A stretch of DNA of 64,000 nt from Sandaracinaceae bacterium (lineage in GTDB: Bacteria > Myxococcota_A > Polyangia > Polyangiales > Sandaracinaceae), in NCBI GenBank assembly GCA_044220955.1, contig JBGAQA010000006.1, positions 67,909 to 131,908 of the forward strand. Direction: 5' to 3'. Of the stretch, positions 60,701-64,000 are shown in pieces. The position numbers were made by a program, and so were the translations under genes. Positions within the stretch are counted from its first letter, which is position 1. The number at the start of each line of letters is the position of its first letter. The notes under the pieces are model-generated. The model was not told the origin of the DNA and did not search any database. It saw only the letters and a program-made list of their open reading frames with translations.

Positions 60701-63700
60701 CAGGGCAGCCCCGTCACGCGCACGAGCGTCGCGCCGGTCGAGTCCGTGGGTCCGTCGCCCAGCTCTCCCTCGGCGTCGTCGCCGGCGCACCAGACCGCGC
60801 CGGTCGCGCGCACGACGCACGCGGTGTCGTGACTGCGGGCGATCGCGACGACGTCGGTAGCGGGCTCCCCGGTGGTCCGAGGAGCGTGGGGAGGTACACG
60901 ATGGTCTCGGGACCGGGCGTGCCGTCTCCCGTCCAGCCCACGGGCGGGAACGACCGGCCCGCGCCCCAGCAGAGCGCCTCGCGGACGCCACCGGCCCCGG
61001 CCCGGAGGGCGCAGGCGCCGTAGCCGCCGCCGTTCGGCGCGAACACGATGTCGAGCACGCCGGCCTCGAGCCCGGGCGGCGTCGTCGGGATCGGCTGGAT
61101 GGCGGACGCGAGCGGCCCGAGGCCGAGCATGCCGAAGCTGGCACGTCCCCAGCAGTAGGCGCGCCCGGCGACGTCGCGCGCGCACGTGCTGCCGTAGGGC
61201 GCGCCGCGCGAGAGCGCGATCAGATCCGGCGGCAGGCCGATCACGGCGCTCGCGACGGGATGAGGGAGCACGTCCGCGGTCCCGTTGCCGAGGTCGCCGT
61301 CGCCGTTCCACCCGGCGCAGGAGACGTAGCGGTCCGTGCTCGAGCGCTCGCGCAGGATGCACGTGTCCCAGTGTCCGCAGGCGATGCCGATCGCGTCGGT
61401 GATCGGGCCGACGGCGTCGACTGCAGGGACGGGCGACGCGCTCGCGCCGCCGAAGGTGCCGTCGCTCAGCTCGCCGTACGAGTTCGCGCCCAGGCAGCGC
61501 ACGGTGTGATCGGCCAGCACCGCGCACGCGTGCGATTGGGCGGCGCAGATGGCCGTCGCGGGGCCCGGCAGCGGCAGCACGTTCGGCTCCGGGAGCGTGC
61601 CGAAGCCGCTCGTGCCCCAGCAAGAGACGCGGCCGGCCGGCGAGAGCAGGCAGCCGCCACCGTCGAACGCGGCGAGCTGCGTCGCGTCGGAGAGCGTCAC
61701 GTCGACGGGCGCGGGACGAACGTCGGGGGACCCGAGCGAGAGGCGCGCGCCCGTGCCGTCGCCCCACGCGGCCATCCCGCCCGTCGCCCGGCGCGCGAAG
61801 AACATGCGATCGCCGGCCCAGAGCGCGACGACCGGCGAGACGTCGCAGGTGCCCGTCGACGCCGACCGGCCACAGGAGTCCGCGACGCCGCACGCCCGGA
61901 AGCACGCGCCGCAGCTCGCGGGGCTGTGGGCGGTGTCCGTCTCGCAGCCGGTCGCGTCGTCGCCGTCGCAGTCGGCGTAGCCCGTCACGCAGCGCAGCAC
62001 GCACGCGCCTGCGGTGCAGGTCGCGCTCGCCGTGTGCGGCGCCGTGCAGGTCGCGGTCGCGCCATCGTCGACCATCGCGTCGCAGTCGTCGTCGACGCCG
62101 TTGCAGAGCTCGGCGTGCCCCGGGAAGCGCGACGGGTCGGCGTCGTCGCAGTCGCCCGTGCTCGACGCGTGGCCCGGGAGGGGCGAGCACGACGTCGTCG
62201 CGGCACCGGTGCCGAACCCGTCGCCGTCGAGATCGACGTACCACTGGTTCATCGAGTTCTCGTCGACGTTCGCATCGCAGTCGTCGTCCCTGGCGTTGCA
62301 GAGCTCGGGGGCGCCGGGGTAGCGCGTGGCGTCGGAGTCGACGCAGTCGCCGACGCGGCTCGCGGTGCCCGAGGGCGCGCTGCAGCGGAGCACGATGCCC
62401 GCGGGCGTCGCGTCGGCCCAGCCGTCGCGGTCGGCGTCGGTGAAGAAGGCGAGCAGCGGCGCGGTGTCGTCGGCGTTGCCGTCGCAGTCGTCGTCGACGC
62501 CGTCGCAGGGGTCGGCGGCGCCGGGGTGGACGTAGACGTCGCCGTCGTTGCAGTCGCCGCCGCGCGTGACGCGGCCCTCGATCGGCGTCGAGGACGTCGT
62601 CGGCGTGCTCGCCGCGCTCCCGTAGCCGTCGCCGTCGCCGTCGATCCACCAGCTCACGCTCGTCGGCGAGTCGTCGACCATGCCGTTGCAGTCGTTGTCG
62701 AGGCCGTCCATCAGCTCGGGCGCGCTCGGGCCCGTCGCCGCGCTCGCGTCGTCGCAGTCGTTGCCGCCGCAGACGCGGTCCGCCGCGCCGTCGCCGTCGT
62801 CGTCCTCGGTGTTGTTCGGCGAGATGCGGTAGTCCGCGCGCCCGTTGCAGTCGTCGTCGACGCCGTTGCACTGCTCGCGCGCGCCGGGGTGCGCGTCCGA
62901 GTCGCTGTCGTCGCAGTCGCCCGGGCGCGTGACGTGGCCGGGCACGATCGCGCACGACACCACGATCTGTGCCGCGTCGTTGCCGCCGAAGCCGTCGCCG
63001 TCCTCGTCCGGGTACCAGGTCACCTGCCCCATGACCTCGTCGCTCATGGTGTTGCAGTTGTTGTCCATGCCGTCGCAGATCTCGAGCTGCGCGCCGAACT
63101 GCGAGGGCGCGGCGTCGTTGCAGTCGTCGCGCACGGTGGAGAAGCCGGGCTCGCCGGCGCAGCCGGGGACCATGGTGACGGTGGAGTCGCCGTGCAGGTC
63201 GAAGTCCATGTCGGGCGCGCCGGGGCGCGTGACGCCCTCGTCGACGTGCGTGTCGCAGTCGTTGTCGAGGCCGTCGCAGCTCTCGGCGAGGCCGCGGCGC
63301 ACGTCGCGTCGCTCGTCGGCGCAGTCGCCGCCGCAGATGCGCGCCATGCTCGCGCGGTCGACGTTGCAGCACGCGGCGTCGACGTCGCCGTCGCCGTCGG
63401 CGTCGCGGAAGCCGAACGTCGTGGGGTTACAGTCCTCGTCGTGCGCGGCGTCGTCGCAGACCTCGGCGTTGGTCGGGAACGTGTGCGCGTCCGCGTCGTC
63501 GCAGTCGATGCCGCCGCACTCCACGGCCGACACGCCGTCGCCGTCGGCGTCGGGCTCCACCGCGCACATCGTCACGCAGCGCGCCTCGGCCTCGATGCAC
63601 TGCTGGCTCGGCATGCAGCGCGCCTCGTGCACGCAGCCGCGCGCGTCCGCGCCGGCCGTGCCGGGCATGCAGCGCTCCGTTCCGTCGCAGTACACGCCGT

Positions 63701-63827
63701 CGTCGCAGTCCGCGTCGGCCGCGCAGGCGGGACCTCTGGCGTCGCTGCCCGCGTCGGTCGCCACGGGCGTCGTCGGGCAGCCCACCAGCAAGAGCGCACA
63801 CACCCACGGCCGTCCGCTGAAGCGCAT
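60700..63827 (-). CDS. lipoprotein with MopE-like (CNGxDDDCD) metal-binding repeats and RCC1 repeats; frameshift near 60880
   Basis: LLVGC lipobox; many DxDGDGFG / DCDD / E.CNG.DDDCD units; RCC1 blades; the final RCC1 blade lies in a different frame ending at 60700. Confidence 0.8.
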
Positions 63828-63900
63828 CCGTTCACCCCGGGGCCGAGTCTACACACCGACGTCGCTCGCGCACGGCCCGCGCCGTGTGTATCGTCCCAGC

Positions 63901-64000
63901 GTGGACGTGCGGGCGGTCTTGGGGGGCGTCGTCGCTCTGATCGCCGCGGTGGGCGGCGCGGGCTGCTCGCTCGCGGGCCTGGCCTCGTACGACGTCGCGC
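63901..64000 (+). CDS. lipoprotein, N-terminal fragment (runs off the window)
   Basis: GTG start 6 nt after TATCGT; VDVRAVLGGVVALIAAVGGAGC lipobox. Confidence 0.55.
   Translation, partial: MDVRAVLGGVVALIAAVGGAGCSLAGLASYDVA

Noticed and set aside
62000..63760. Recurrent GCAGTCGTCGTCG-type DNA repeats as a mobile or array element
   Set aside because: They are codons for the DDDC/DCDD protein repeats on the minus strand.

Overview
Very GC-rich bacterial DNA with a myxobacterial signature: three Ser/Thr kinases, MYXO-CTERM-like tails, MopE/RCC1/PEGA/TPR surface proteins and a tgl-like pilotin gene. It is most consistent with Polyangia, for example Sandaracinaceae (inferred, not verified). The window is chromosomal backbone with no CRISPR array, integrase or transposase seen. 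It contains a tRNA-Arg/3x tRNA-Ser cluster, about 48 CDS including seven predicted peptidase genes, and a crp-tgl-HTH-recO-DUF971 cluster. The standout is 26.2-37.9 kb. A consensus sigma54 promoter and a ~330-nt leader precede a probable outer-membrane beta-barrel gene and two tandem ~1500-1590 aa Cys-rich metzincin-type lipoproteins. After the terminator, a second consensus sigma54 promoter precedes a ~260-nt non-coding, CU-rich segment (114 nt with no A) that has switch-like alternative pairings and shares an 11-mer with the operon leader. This suggests a surface protease system with a linked candidate sRNA. Other oddities are a PtsP-like protein lacking its phospho-His and catalytic domain, a TIMP-like surface protein, repeated apparent leaderless starts, an N-terminally truncated PIN gene and a frameshifted MopE/RCC1 gene. 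All product calls come from motif recognition by eye; no database searches were run.
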